NCBI GenBank assembly: GCA_038824035.1
Contig: JAWBBW010000008.1
Location: 1-54,762, forward strand
Length of the DNA: 54,762 nt
Reading direction: 5' to 3'
From: Desulfurococcaceae archaeon
GTDB lineage: Archaea > Thermoproteota > Thermoprotei_A > Sulfolobales > Desulfurococcaceae
The notes beneath the pieces are model-generated. The model saw only the letters and a program-made list of their open reading frames with translations, was not told where the DNA came from and did not search any database. How positions within the stretch are numbered: position 1 is the stretch's first letter; each line of letters opens with the position of its first letter. Made by a program: the position numbers and the translations under genes. Below, piece by piece: positions 36,404 to 46,587 of this stretch.

Positions 36404-37084
36404 GTGGGGTTCATGGACTTAGCTACACTTGTCTCAACTACTATAGTTGTGACAGCGTCTGGTGCATTGAGCCCAGGGCCTCTCACAGTGGCCACCATTT
36501 CACTTGGTACGAGAAATGGTTGGAAAAGCGGGTTTATGATTGCCATTGGCCACTCAATGATCGAGTTCATTTACATCATGTTTCTCTATTATTTCATAAA
36601 CCACGTGGAGATATTGCTGAGAGGTGTTGTAGGGGATTTAATAACAATAATGGGTTTTTCAATAATAATGTTCTTCGTATTCTCCATGATCAGGGATTCC
36701 ATCAAGGCATTGAAAAGCGGTGTCGACAACACTGTGTTTCAAAACATGGGTAAAAACCCATTGATAGTAAACAACCCATTAATAGTGGGAGTACTTCTTA
36801 CTGGTTTAAACATATGGTTCCTGATATGGTGGTTGAGTATAGGTTTCGGGTTATTAACAATAGTGGTTAACATGGGCTTGCTAGCGGTTTTAGCCATGTA
36901 TTTTAGCCATGTCTGGATAGATTTCGCATGGCTGATGATCCTAGCCGAGGCGAGTAAGAAAGGTATATCATTCCTGGGCACTAAGAGATATAATTTAATG
37001 ATGTTAGTGCTGGGCTTGATCCTGGCGATCTTTGGGGTTAACATGTTACTGAGAAGATTTACCCCAATAGCTATTCTCCCATAG
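36404..37084 (+). CDS. LysE family transporter
   Basis: SGALSPGPL, GHSMIE, LNIWFLIWW and HVWID. Confidence 0.85.
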   Translation: MGFMDLATLVSTTIVVTASGALSPGPLTVATISLGTRNGWKSGFMIAIGHSMIEFIYIMFLYYFINHVEILLRGVVGDLITIMGFSIIMFFVFSMIRDSIKALKSGVDNTVFQNMGKNPLIVNNPLIVGVLLTGLNIWFLIWWLSIGFGLLTIVVNMGLLAVLAMYFSHVWIDFAWLMILAEASKKGISFLGTKRYNLMMLVLGLILAIFGVNMLLRRFTPIAILP

Positions 37085-37915
37085 TCGCTCACGTAGTATC
37101 AGTTTCTTAGCCGTATGCCCTGTCACTATTATAGGCGAGTTCTTTGGGACACTCAGTACTTTCGCCAACACGTCACATTTAGCTCTGAACAAGTGAAGGC
37201 TTGGCACTTCACCTATCTCTATGTATGCTTCAAGGTTTGCTATGCCCTTCGCTATCACGAATACATCATCACCAGTTATATGGAATAATGGCGATATGTT
37301 GCCAGGGGTTTCAACTATGTCGATGTCCTCGGCTAATTCACTCATATATTCGAGGTCATTTAACAATACATCGATCTCATAGCTCTCTTTTCTCACAGCT
37401 ATCACGACTCTATAGCCATGTCTCTTAAGGGTTTTCGCTAGTAATATATCAATGACCGCCTCTCCGGCATTGTCCAGGACCAGATATATATCTCTGTTTC
37501 TCGGTAATTCGGGGATCTCCTCGATGAGCGGTTTATCCCATATGGCTTTCTGAAGATCGTTGGCTTCATATCCAAGGACAGCTGTGTCTATGATGTTAGC
37601 GGCTGCCGACAATCTCATTGCCTCATTTAAATCCCAGTTAACTCTCTCCAAATAACTCTCGATCTCGTTGACAAGCTTCATGCCTAGTTGGTTTAACCCA
37701 TATTTTACATGTCTATAGGGGTCTTCACTATTCAAGAGATGTTTAACGTAGTTAAATGACTCGGCGAACGCCATGCTCCGGCTATTAGTGTTCTTCACCA
37801 GTTCTGCTAATTTAATTAACAACTCATGTAGTTTATCCTCTTTGTTCATTTTAATCAAGTCCTTGGAACGAGTATATACTAGGCATAGCCTACATAGTCC
37901 GTTATCCATCCACAT
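37046..37915 (-). CDS. DUF89/ARMT1-like damage-control phosphatase
   Basis: CRLC, DPY...K, ANIID, DNAGE, KGIANLE and AKC; ATG 37915 after GGAGGTG. Confidence 0.85.
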   Translation of the reverse strand: MWMDNGLCRLCLVYTRSKDLIKMNKEDKLHELLIKLAELVKNTNSRSMAFAESFNYVKHLLNSEDPYRHVKYGLNQLGMKLVNEIESYLERVNWDLNEAMRLSAAANIIDTAVLGYEANDLQKAIWDKPLIEEIPELPRNRDIYLVLDNAGEAVIDILLAKTLKRHGYRVVIAVRKESYEIDVLLNDLEYMSELAEDIDIVETPGNISPLFHITGDDVFVIAKGIANLEAYIEIGEVPSLHLFRAKCDVLAKVLSVPKNSPIIVTGHTAKKLILRERLWENSYWGKSSQ

Positions 37916-38306
37916 GGTTTCCCACACACCTCCTGATCCCATTTTCACATCACCATGGCGTTGAGTGAGCGTGATCCATGGCTTGTTGTTCGTGAACAAT
38001 ATTCATGGCTAATAGGGATTTATCCAGGCACCTGGGGGTTGTACGCTGTTTGTTAAAGCCATTTGTTCTCACATAGCGTTGATACTTGGCAATGAGATGA
38101 GATCGGGTGTATATATCGATGGGTTTTAACACAACATGTACTCTAGGACAGGTATATATGGGGTTCACTGATTTCTTAACACGATATTGTGTGTTGAAAT
38201 CGAATATGTGAGATGGGTTATTGATGACAAAACCACATCACCATTCTAATATCTCATTATTGGTTGTGTTTTTAAACATATTCCTCTCGCCGAAGCTGAA
38301 CGGTCT

Positions 38307-39452
38307 TTAACCCACTATGGCCATCTCCTTGATCAACTTGTTTTCCCTGAACCTGTTGATTCCAAGGTTTTTAGCGATATCTATGTTCGGCCTACCTCTT
38401 AGTATCCAATTAGCCAGTATTTCCCCTGTCACAGGGGCCATCATTAATCCATGTCCGCTGAAACCAGTTGCTATATACAGGTTCTCAAATGGTTCGACAG
38501 GGCCGTAAATAGGGTGGTGATCCGGCGTCATCTCGTAATACCCGATCCAGTACCTAGATATATTGACGTATTTGAGGAAAGGCAGGAGCTCCACCAGGGG
38601 TTTCAAAGTGTTCTTGAACACGTCTATCCTATGAGAAATGTTCGATACCTCTGCCTGTTCTTCGATATCTCTGGCCAATATTATGCCGCCGTGCTCTGTT
38701 TGCGTTAGGTATGGCGCACCTTTCGTATCCCAGTCAACTATTAGAGCCGGCTTTATACATTTTGCATAGGGTTCTGTTATCAGGGGATGCCTGGGTTGAT
38801 CTATAATTGGTATGGATATGTCAATGGTGCTCAAGATCTCTCTTGTACCTCTACCACCCGCTGTCACCACGAAGATATCGGCATTTAACACGCCTCTCTC
38901 GGTCTCAACTGAGATCACTTCATTGCCGTTCTTTACCAATCTCAACGCCCTTGTATATGGGAGTATTTTGACGCCGTTTCTCCTTAGATATGTATATAAT
39001 TTCACGAAGTTGTCGATCACAGGCATTCTACCAGCTGTGGGGTCGAACATCGCTCCTTCAATGATCTTGGTATTGAGACCTGGCTGTATCTCCCCCGCTT
39101 CCAGCGGTGTCAAAGCCCTGGTTAGAACGCCGTGTTGTCTATGGAATCTCATTATCATGTTGAATAAGTCCATGGTTTCAGGTCTTCTAGCGATCCATAG
39201 GTAACCAGTCATTTCCAGCTCTAATCCAAGTGTTTCCCGTAACTTGAGCCATTTCTCAATGCTTCTCTTCATCAACACCACGTGTTCGGTGGATGTGAAT
39301 GATGATCTAAAGCACCCCACGTTTCTCAAGCTACCACCAGATCCGGGGTATTCAGCATCTATCACTACGACATCGTTTACGCCATTTCTAAGTAACTCGT
39401 AAGCTGTAAACAGGCCGCTGAAACCAGCCCCTATTATAAGCACTTTCATCAA
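38307..39452 (-). CDS. FAD-dependent oxidoreductase, proline dehydrogenase/sarcosine oxidase beta-type subunit
   Basis: IIGAGFSG, GGSLRN, TPDHHPIYG and TGFSGHGLM. Confidence 0.88.
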   Translation of the reverse strand: MMKVLIIGAGFSGLFTAYELLRNGVNDVVVIDAEYPGSGGSLRNVGCFRSSFTSTEHVVLMKRSIEKWLKLRETLGLELEMTGYLWIARRPETMDLFNMIMRFHRQHGVLTRALTPLEAGEIQPGLNTKIIEGAMFDPTAGRMPVIDNFVKLYTYLRRNGVKILPYTRALRLVKNGNEVISVETERGVLNADIFVVTAGGRGTREILSTIDISIPIIDQPRHPLITEPYAKCIKPALIVDWDTKGAPYLTQTEHGGIILARDIEEQAEVSNISHRIDVFKNTLKPLVELLPFLKYVNISRYWIGYYEMTPDHHPIYGPVEPFENLYIATGFSGHGLMMAPVTGEILANWILRGRPNIDIAKNLGINRFRENKLIKEMAIVG

Positions 39453-39721
39453 TCCCCACCCACTAGGAAGTATTTGGCTGGAACCGGGATTATCGGCGGT
39501 CTCACTTTGTAACTAGATAACACTTCGCCAACGCTCTTACCGGTTCTCTTAGCGAAGATCCTAGCGGCTATCATTAAGCAACCTCTTCCCTGGCATGGAC
39601 CGAAACCCAGTTTCAAGTACTTCCTCAAGAGCTCGAAACTATCTATGCCCATTTCAATGGCTTTTATCAGATCATTCAGTGTGATATCATTACACCTACA
39701 TATCAAGACCGGGCCAATCAT
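39449..39721 (-). CDS. BFD-like [2Fe-2S] small subunit
   Basis: ICRCNDI...GFGPCQGRGC...RPPIIP. Confidence 0.85.
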   Translation of the reverse strand: MIGPVLICRCNDITLNDLIKAIEMGIDSFELLRKYLKLGFGPCQGRGCLMIAARIFAKRTGKSVGEVLSSYKVRPPIIPVPAKYFLVGGD

Positions 39722-40221
39722 TTTTTCTCCATCCATATGGCTCTCACCTCCATGCCAAATCCCTTGGGGACCTTGACGGTGACAACTAGTGTTTTATTAC
39801 GTTCCCAAGTCCTAATCACAATGCCCTTGCCAATTCTCTCGCCCTTTCTATTCATCAAAATAACTTCATCCCCGACTCGGGGACGTGGCAGGAATTCATG
39901 TGGAAGTGTGACATAGTCAGCGTCATTCCTTGATAAATCTACTACAAAGGCGGCTAGGCCAGGGCAGATCGCCACGCAGTTACCACACCCCGTGCACTTG
40001 TCCCAATCAACTCTCGGTATGTCGTTAAGGCTGTTCATGGATATGGCTTTCGAGGGGCAATGAGCCACACATATGTTACACGGGATCATTTCTGGGCATT
40101 CAAGTATCGCGACAGGCCCCTTTTCAAGTCTCTGTTTAGGTGGCATTAAGCCCAGTTTCTCCAATTCCTCGTTATCTATAAACCCATTTATTCTATAAGT
40201 GGGGGTCTTCGTGGAGATCAC
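39718..40221 (-). CDS. 2[4Fe-4S] ferredoxin subunit
   Basis: CPEMIPCNICVAHCP and CTGCGNCVAICPGLA. Confidence 0.88.
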   Translation of the reverse strand: MISTKTPTYRINGFIDNEELEKLGLMPPKQRLEKGPVAILECPEMIPCNICVAHCPSKAISMNSLNDIPRVDWDKCTGCGNCVAICPGLAAFVVDLSRNDADYVTLPHEFLPRPRVGDEVILMNRKGERIGKGIVIRTWERNKTLVVTVKVPKGFGMEVRAIWMEKK

Positions 40222-41717
40222 CCAAAAGATATGGGCGATGGATTCGTTCTCCTCAGTTCATACATCTCCTCTTTTGTAACAGTCACCGATTTCTTACCCT
40301 TTAACGCCCTTTCAAGCAGCGGCGAAGCCCGGTATTCCTTCCAGAGGAATTCAATGAATTTGTTCATCTCTCTCTCAACGATATCTTGTTTCAATGTGTC
40401 ACCTAGTTTAGACACGATGGAGAGCGCGGCTATACGGCCCTCGATCATAGCTGCTGTGGCCTCCTCTACGCCTGAGGCATCGCCAGCCACATACATATTT
40501 GGCACAGATGTCTCTAGGTCAATGGTTCTAAGCGGGACAATTCCTCCGAGCTCTGGCGAATACTTCATCACTGCACCACTTTGTGTAAACAACCTGGTAT
40601 CGGGCTCTAGCCCTATCGCTAATAAGACCAGGTCCACGTCGAATCTTTTCTCACTACCAGGTACCTGGTCATAGTTGTCATCAACCGCTACTACCACCGC
40701 TTCTCTAACTCTTTCATCCCCGAGGACGTGTTTCAATGTGTGTCTCAATAGTATTGGTACACCATACCTTTTCAATTTCGCTGCATGGACAAACCATCCC
40801 CCAATCTCCCCCATTATCTCCACGACTGCCTTTACTTTTACACCTGCCTGTAGCAATTGATAAGATATGATCAAGCCCACGTTCCCCGATCCTATGACAA
40901 TGGCCGCCTCGCCTGGCTTCACACCGAATTCATTCATAATAGTCTGTGCACCGCCGGCACCTATAACGCCCGGTAAATCATTGTTCGGAAATTCAAGGTA
41001 TTTCTCAAATGCCCCCGTAGCCACGATAACAGCCCTTGGCTTGACAACATAGCTTGTCCCCCCTCCAGCAATCCCTATTAACCCGCCTCTGAAAACACCA
41101 TACGCCACTGATTCTGTTAAAACCTTGATATTCGGCATACTTAATATTCTCTTCGCGTATTCCTCTGCTATTTGAAAGCCTCTTAATCCACCCATTAATT
41201 CCACGCTACCGAAGAACTTATGTGTTTGCTTTAAGAGTTGTCCACCGAGCTTGAAGTGCTCATCAACGAGGACTACTTCGAGCCCGTGTTGAGCTGCCTC
41301 GACGGCTGCCGCCAATCCCGCCGGCCCCCCACCTATGATCAACAGGTCTGTTTCAATCTTCTCCTCTGCAATATCCCTTATTGGTTTGGTCTGCGTGTTT
41401 AAATCGAGATTACCCCAGCCCCTTTGTCTCTCAACTCTCATGCCCTCCCTGACTGGTATTCTACACGCCTTTGAATTCGGAACCCCATCCACAACCATGA
41501 AACAACTACTACATTTCCCGATCATGCAAAATGGACCGCGCGGTCTTCTTAATTTATGGCTCCAGGAAAAGACATCTATCCCCAATGCGTATAGTGCTAT
41601 AGCAATGCTCTCCCCTTCATAGGCCTCTAAGACCTGGTCTTCAAAGTAAAACGATATCTTCCTCCCTCGATGGAAGCTTAGGATCGGGTGTTCGTAGATT
41701 CTCTTGTCGACTGGCGA
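40218..41717 (-). CDS. Proline dehydrogenase/sarcosine oxidase alpha-type subunit (N-terminal Fe-S domain plus FAD/NAD domain); no canonical in-frame start
   Basis: RPRGPFCMIGKCSSC, GGGPAG, GGQL, ATGA and AGD. The frame stays open upstream of 41585 as SPVDKRIYEHPILSFHRGRKISFYFEDQVLEAYEGESIAIALYALG. Confidence 0.85.
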   Translation of the reverse strand, partial: SPVDKRIYEHPILSFHRGRKISFYFEDQVLEAYEGESIAIALYALGIDVFSWSHKLRRPRGPFCMIGKCSSCFMVVDGVPNSKACRIPVREGMRVERQRGWGNLDLNTQTKPIRDIAEEKIETDLLIIGGGPAGLAAAVEAAQHGLEVVLVDEHFKLGGQLLKQTHKFFGSVELMGGLRGFQIAEEYAKRILSMPNIKVLTESVAYGVFRGGLIGIAGGGTSYVVKPRAVIVATGAFEKYLEFPNNDLPGVIGAGGAQTIMNEFGVKPGEAAIVIGSGNVGLIISYQLLQAGVKVKAVVEIMGEIGGWFVHAAKLKRYGVPILLRHTLKHVLGDERVREAVVVAVDDNYDQVPGSEKRFDVDLVLLAIGLEPDTRLFTQSGAVMKYSPELGGIVPLRTIDLETSVPNMYVAGDASGVEEATAAMIEGRIAALSIVSKLGDTLKQDIVEREMNKFIEFLWKEYRASPLLERALKGKKSVTVTKEEMYELRRTNPSPISFG

Positions 41718-41821
41718 ACCCCATCACCCTTGACGAATATGTAATAAAAGCCTTTCCTGTGTTTTAAACAATGATACGTGGGATCAATGTTGGAGTAAAA
41801 AATGTTTAAAGGAGCGAATGC

Positions 41822-42445
41822 TCAGCTCTTCGCTTGTTTGGGTTTTAGATAGATCTTGCCACCTATTATCACGTTGTTCGGTATCAACACAGTTGTCCCA
41901 TCCACCTTGACGATCTTTGTGAACAATGTCGATACATCGTCGACGACCCCCTCCTCACCTGCGATTACAACGTTGTCGTTTATGCGGAATGGCCTCGTGA
42001 TCAATAGGAACAGCCCAGCTATGGCCTGGCCAAGCACTTGCTGAGAAGCGAAACCAACCACCATGCCAAGGAAGCCGCCGAGCGCGACGCCGGCAGCGCC
42101 TCCAGCTACACCACCGGCTATTGCAGCCACCATTGCGCCGACACCTATTATTCTCACAATGTTCCTGACAGCTGCCGCGGCTGCGTGGTCGTATTTAGCT
42201 CTCATAGTCCAGTAAAAGAACCATGATATTCCATTGACTATCATGTAGCCAAAGCCTAGAGCTAGCAATATCTGCACATATACTTCGTAATCAATTACAT
42301 ATATCCTGTATCTTGGGAGAAAATCGGCGATTACATAGTGAGTGATGGCTGAGATCGCCACATATAGCACTATGTATACTACGACTCTTGCAATGCTGGC
42401 TGTAACGTTCTTAGCTATCTCGGGTTGTGATAATTGTTGAGACAT
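41822..42445 (-). CDS. Small-conductance mechanosensitive channel (MscS family, short form)
   Basis: Gly/Ala-rich TM, VGFASQQVL, RPFRIND and IPNN. Confidence 0.88.
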   Translation of the reverse strand: MSQQLSQPEIAKNVTASIARVVVYIVLYVAISAITHYVIADFLPRYRIYVIDYEVYVQILLALGFGYMIVNGISWFFYWTMRAKYDHAAAAAVRNIVRIIGVGAMVAAIAGGVAGGAAGVALGGFLGMVVGFASQQVLGQAIAGLFLLITRPFRINDNVVIAGEEGVVDDVSTLFTKIVKVDGTTVLIPNNVIIGGKIYLKPKQAKS

Positions 42446-42524
42446 CCCACCCCCTTATACAATAATATGAAATAATAGATCTCTTTATGTTTTAAACCTT
42501 GAGTAAAAAGTCGAGATGACTATG

Positions 42525-43226
42525 CTAGGCAACTAACACGACTTTGTTACACCACTTCCACCCAATTCTATTCAAGAGTTCCGCGACTTTTTCAACGGTT
42601 TTCTTAACGAGTTCTCTGCTGACTCCGAGGACTCCGGCAGCGATCACTAGGATTCTCGTTGTGTGCTCCCTCACCATGGTTTCAACGCTATCCCTATGCG
42701 GGTATATGTGCATCACCTTGTTCTCGGAGTCGATTAACACTGGGATATCCTTGTCCAACAACTCAACTCCGCCCCCTATTGGTTTGAATACCTCGCCTCC
42801 TTTACTCATCGTGATCTTGAGCGGTAGTTTCACGCGTCCAAGGTCATATATCCCAACTGGGACAATGGTATACGTGGACGCTATGTTGCCAGCATCTACG
42901 ACAGGGTTTATCCTTGGGAAAACACCTTTCAAAGCCCTTCTCACAAGTGCCTCGCCAGCTGGCCTTGTCTTAGTCGGATCTATGCCTATTCTCCAGTAGA
43001 AATCCCTATATGCTCTTACAACTGGGTTGTCCTTTAAGTCCTCAATAGTGTGTGTTCTCTTCACGTGTTCGAGCAAGTTCTTCACATCTGTTTCAAATGG
43101 GTATTGATTCAACTGCATGGGTGCATCGATCCATAGGATTGTGTACGCGACGTATATTCCCAGTTTTCTACAATCCTCGTCTATTTCAAGCACATTGTCG
43201 AGCCCCGTGCATAGCTCACTGGTCAA
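42525..43226 (-). CDS. Stand-alone B3/4 domain protein (PheRS-beta editing-domain-like)
   Basis: AYRDFYWRIGIDPTKTRPAGEALVRR and INPVVDAGN. Confidence 0.88.
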   Translation of the reverse strand: MTSELCTGLDNVLEIDEDCRKLGIYVAYTILWIDAPMQLNQYPFETDVKNLLEHVKRTHTIEDLKDNPVVRAYRDFYWRIGIDPTKTRPAGEALVRRALKGVFPRINPVVDAGNIASTYTIVPVGIYDLGRVKLPLKITMSKGGEVFKPIGGGVELLDKDIPVLIDSENKVMHIYPHRDSVETMVREHTTRILVIAAGVLGVSRELVKKTVEKVAELLNRIGWKWCNKVVLVA

Positions 43227-43336
43227 ACCAACCCCCTTGTTGCAGGGCGATGGCTATTTATGTCCTGGGTATTGGTTTTAAAAAATGCTTATCTATTAAT
43301 AAGCTCAAAGCATGATCTCAATTGATTGGCTATGTG

Positions 43337-44494
43337 TTAGAGGGAGTTGAGCACTATGTCCTTTATCAAGTCCTCTGTAACAGGGAAAGGTGTATTTCCA
43401 TGTAGATATCTCAAGCCTCCACGCATAAGGTACTCAACTACTTTGTCAACGTCGTTTTCTGTAAACCCGTAATCGCCAAGTCTCTGTGTTAAGCCCAGTG
43501 ATTCCTGGAATGATTTGACAACCCTAGATGCTTTCTCAGCGTCTTCGCTCACAGGTTTTAGCGATGGATCCAGCGGCTTCAATAACAACGCTGACTCAGC
43601 TGGCAATGCCCTGTATGTATGGTATATGAATCTTGGCCCTGTGATTATCAATCCAAGTCCATGCGGTAGTTTTGGTTGTAAACCACTAAGTGTATGCTCT
43701 ATTGCATGGTTCAAGTGAGTTGAGCCATTATCTATCGCTATCCCAGCTATCATCGAAGCATATAGTAGGCGGGCCCTGAGCTCCACGTTCTGTAGCTCAC
43801 CAAGTAGTCTCGGCAAGTAGCTCACTATGGTGTTTATCGAGTCGTATGCAAGTGCCTGTACAAAGTAATTCCTCACAGTCGCTGTCCCAGCTTCAAATGA
43901 ATGGTAGAACGCATCGAAAGACGTATATATCGTTTGATCCCTGGGTAACGTAGTGGTGTATCTTGGGTCATCTATGCTCACATCCGGGTATTTAATGGCT
44001 AATCCATGTTTCTCAAGATTGTCGTCAAGTGTCATGACAGCGTATCTATCAACCTCTGTCCCCGTGCCATGTGTTATGTTTATCGCTAAAAGTGGTAATG
44101 TCCGCCTTGGTCTATAGCCCTTTACCAATGCCTTTACATTCCTACCGCCGATTGCTATCAATGATGCTACCTTTGCGACATCTATGACACTGCCACCACC
44201 GATCGCTATGATTGCCTCAACGCCCTCTTCCCACATCAATTTACCAGCTCTCTCCGCTTGACTAGCCCATGGATTGGGGCTGATATCGTTGTATACAACA
44301 TATTCTACGCCGTGTTCGTTCAGTAATTTCAACACGTCATCCAATGCCCCAGAGATCTTTGCTGATTGCTTACCTGTGATTAAACCAACCTTTCTATATT
44401 GCTTAATGAACCAGGATGCCTTTGTCAACGCGTTTTCGCCGAAATACAGGATCGTGTCCTGGTATCTAAACGAGAACGTGCTTGGCTTACTCAT
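43337..44494 (-). CDS. Iron-containing alcohol dehydrogenase
   Basis: IGGGSVID, THGTGTE, DAFYH, HAIEH and PHG. Confidence 0.92.
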   Translation of the reverse strand: MSKPSTFSFRYQDTILYFGENALTKASWFIKQYRKVGLITGKQSAKISGALDDVLKLLNEHGVEYVVYNDISPNPWASQAERAGKLMWEEGVEAIIAIGGGSVIDVAKVASLIAIGGRNVKALVKGYRPRRTLPLLAINITHGTGTEVDRYAVMTLDDNLEKHGLAIKYPDVSIDDPRYTTTLPRDQTIYTSFDAFYHSFEAGTATVRNYFVQALAYDSINTIVSYLPRLLGELQNVELRARLLYASMIAGIAIDNGSTHLNHAIEHTLSGLQPKLPHGLGLIITGPRFIYHTYRALPAESALLLKPLDPSLKPVSEDAEKASRVVKSFQESLGLTQRLGDYGFTENDVDKVVEYLMRGGLRYLHGNTPFPVTEDLIKDIVLNSL

Positions 44495-44734
44495 CTATAA
44501 CACCATCGGATCCGTTGTTTTCACAAGTTAATAAATATTTTGATGTTTTTTGCATAATAAATAATGCAATGGGTTTGTCAAACAAATGAACCATGATATT
44601 CTAATCAATTTGTTAGCAAACACCGGATCAGGCATACTATGATCAAAGTTCTTTTGAACACATCCACGCTCACAATGAATTGGTTAAAAACAAACGAGAC
44701 CATTATGTATCCATGGTCTTCACGGTGGTCGCGA

Positions 44735-45379
44735 TTGAGTGAGCCATTGATCAACATAGCTATCAGGAGCGTGTGGATATCATCGATCGCGGCTTTCTCG
44801 GCATTTATAACAGCTGTGTTTATCTGTTTCTACTTAACAAGTATACGTGGCAAAGCCGTGGATATCGCCCTGGGCGTTTTCGAGGCAATGGTGGGCATAC
44901 CCACTACTTTAATAGGTCTTCTCGTCTACATGTTGATATACCCAGGTGGTCCACTCGGCCCTCTTAGATTACTCTACACACCTATTGCAATAATTATCGG
45001 CGAATTCCTAGTTGTGTTGCCAATGGCCGTTACATACATGTTCAAGCACTTCCACGATGTGAGAGAAAATGTGAGAGAACTAGTGTTGTCGCTCGGTGTC
45101 ACCGAGGAGCGGGCTAGATGGCTAGTGGTCAGGGAGTTATTGCCCATAGCTATTTCAACATACATGGTTTCGTTTTCACGTGCCATAGGCGAGTTGGGCG
45201 TGGCCCTCATAGTTGGTGGTGGCATAGAGGGGCGCACAAATGTCTTCACAACAGCTATAGCGCTTCAGACATCGATAGGCAATTATGAGGCGGCCATTTA
45301 CACCGGGCTGGTTTTACTAGCGCTAACCCTCTGTATCACTGTTTCAACTAAATTGCTTGGTGAAAGGTTTTGGAAATAA
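44735..45379 (+). CDS. tupB: Tungstate-type ABC transporter permease
   Basis: GPLGPLRLLYTP and FSRAIGELG..IVGG.I.GRT.VFTTAI; TTG 44735 after a GGTGG SD. Confidence 0.78.
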   Translation: MSEPLINIAIRSVWISSIAAFSAFITAVFICFYLTSIRGKAVDIALGVFEAMVGIPTTLIGLLVYMLIYPGGPLGPLRLLYTPIAIIIGEFLVVLPMAVTYMFKHFHDVRENVRELVLSLGVTEERARWLVVRELLPIAISTYMVSFSRAIGELGVALIVGGGIEGRTNVFTTAIALQTSIGNYEAAIYTGLVLLALTLCITVSTKLLGERFWK

Positions 45380-46038
45380 TGCTTGAAGATATATGGTATA
45401 GTTACGACAACGTGGAATTTGTGTTGAAGGGGGTGGATTTATCCCTGAGAGAGCCTGGCTTATACATTGTGATAGGGCCCAATGGATCTGGTAAGACAAC
45501 GCTTTTGAAGATTATGTCATTGATTTTAAAACCAGTTAAGGGAAAGGTGCTAGTTAATGGAGTCGACTACTGGTCTCTAAGCGACGACGAGAAACGCGAG
45601 ATCAAGAGACATATAGTGTATGTTCACGATAAGCCAATAATGCTGAGAGGGTCTGTTGAATACAATATCGTGATTGGAACGCGTTTAAGGGGTTTCAACG
45701 ATAAGGCACTGATTGATCGTTACGTTGATAGATATGGGCTGAGAAACATACTTGGTAAACATGCATCCCAGCTAAGTGCTGGGCAGGCCAAGATAGTGTC
45801 TATTATCAGAGCACTGATTCTCAAGCCCAGAATATTGATCCTAGATGAACCATTCACATTCCTGGAGCCGAGCAAAATAGATCTCCTGCTAGAAGATCTG
45901 GGTATAGTGGTCGAGGGCGGCGGGACCGTGGTCTTGTCCACTCATTACATGTATAAGAAGGTTTTATCCATGGCGAGGGATGTACTAGAGTTGTATGGGG
46001 GCATGATCACCGGTCGAGGTATTAGTGGCCTTGTTTAA
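45370..46038 (+). CDS. ABC transporter ATPase (TupC-like)
   Basis: GPNGSGKT, LSAGQ, LDEP and STH; overlaps the permease gene. Confidence 0.85.
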   Translation: MEIMLEDIWYSYDNVEFVLKGVDLSLREPGLYIVIGPNGSGKTTLLKIMSLILKPVKGKVLVNGVDYWSLSDDEKREIKRHIVYVHDKPIMLRGSVEYNIVIGTRLRGFNDKALIDRYVDRYGLRNILGKHASQLSAGQAKIVSIIRALILKPRILILDEPFTFLEPSKIDLLLEDLGIVVEGGGTVVLSTHYMYKKVLSMARDVLELYGGMITGRGISGLV

Positions 46039-46112
46039 TTAGTTAGCTCTGCTTGGGCTTAATTACCCAGACATGGCATTAACCTTGACGTAGTCCTCAA
46101 GGGGTTTTTAAT

Positions 46113-46541
46113 ATGAATGATTGTAGATTTGGTGTCTATTTACCAGGCGATCTATGCAAAGAGTTGTATAGTTTGATTAGTGGTGAAATGGGTAGAGCTA
46201 GGTCAAAGATCATGCAAGAGGCGTTGCGACTATATCTCGTGGAGAACAAGTGGAGGAATGTAAATGGGCAGGTCATAGGTTCTATTAATGTGTTGTATGA
46301 CCATGGTGTTGGAGACGTGGATGAGAGATTAACGGATATTCAACACAAGTTCTTAAACACCATTGTCTCCTCGTTACATATACACATAGATGCCAACACT
46401 TGTCTCCAGATAATAGTTGTACGTGGCAATTCTAGCGATGTGAGGAGACTTGTAGAGGAGTTCGAAAAAACACGTGGCGTGATACTTGTCAGAACAATGA
46501 TCATTTCAATGAGTGGTTGCCCAGGTTCTACGAAGATGTAG
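46113..46541 (+). CDS. nikR: NikR-family ribbon-helix-helix regulator
   Basis: RFGVYL...RSKIMQEALR, YDH, IQH and LHIHID...C nickel ligands. Confidence 0.82.
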   Translation: MNDCRFGVYLPGDLCKELYSLISGEMGRARSKIMQEALRLYLVENKWRNVNGQVIGSINVLYDHGVGDVDERLTDIQHKFLNTIVSSLHIHIDANTCLQIIVVRGNSSDVRRLVEEFEKTRGVILVRTMIISMSGCPGSTKM

Positions 46542-46587
46542 CAAGGTTTTTAACCAGTGCACTTTATGAATAACTTGGTGCACCAAC

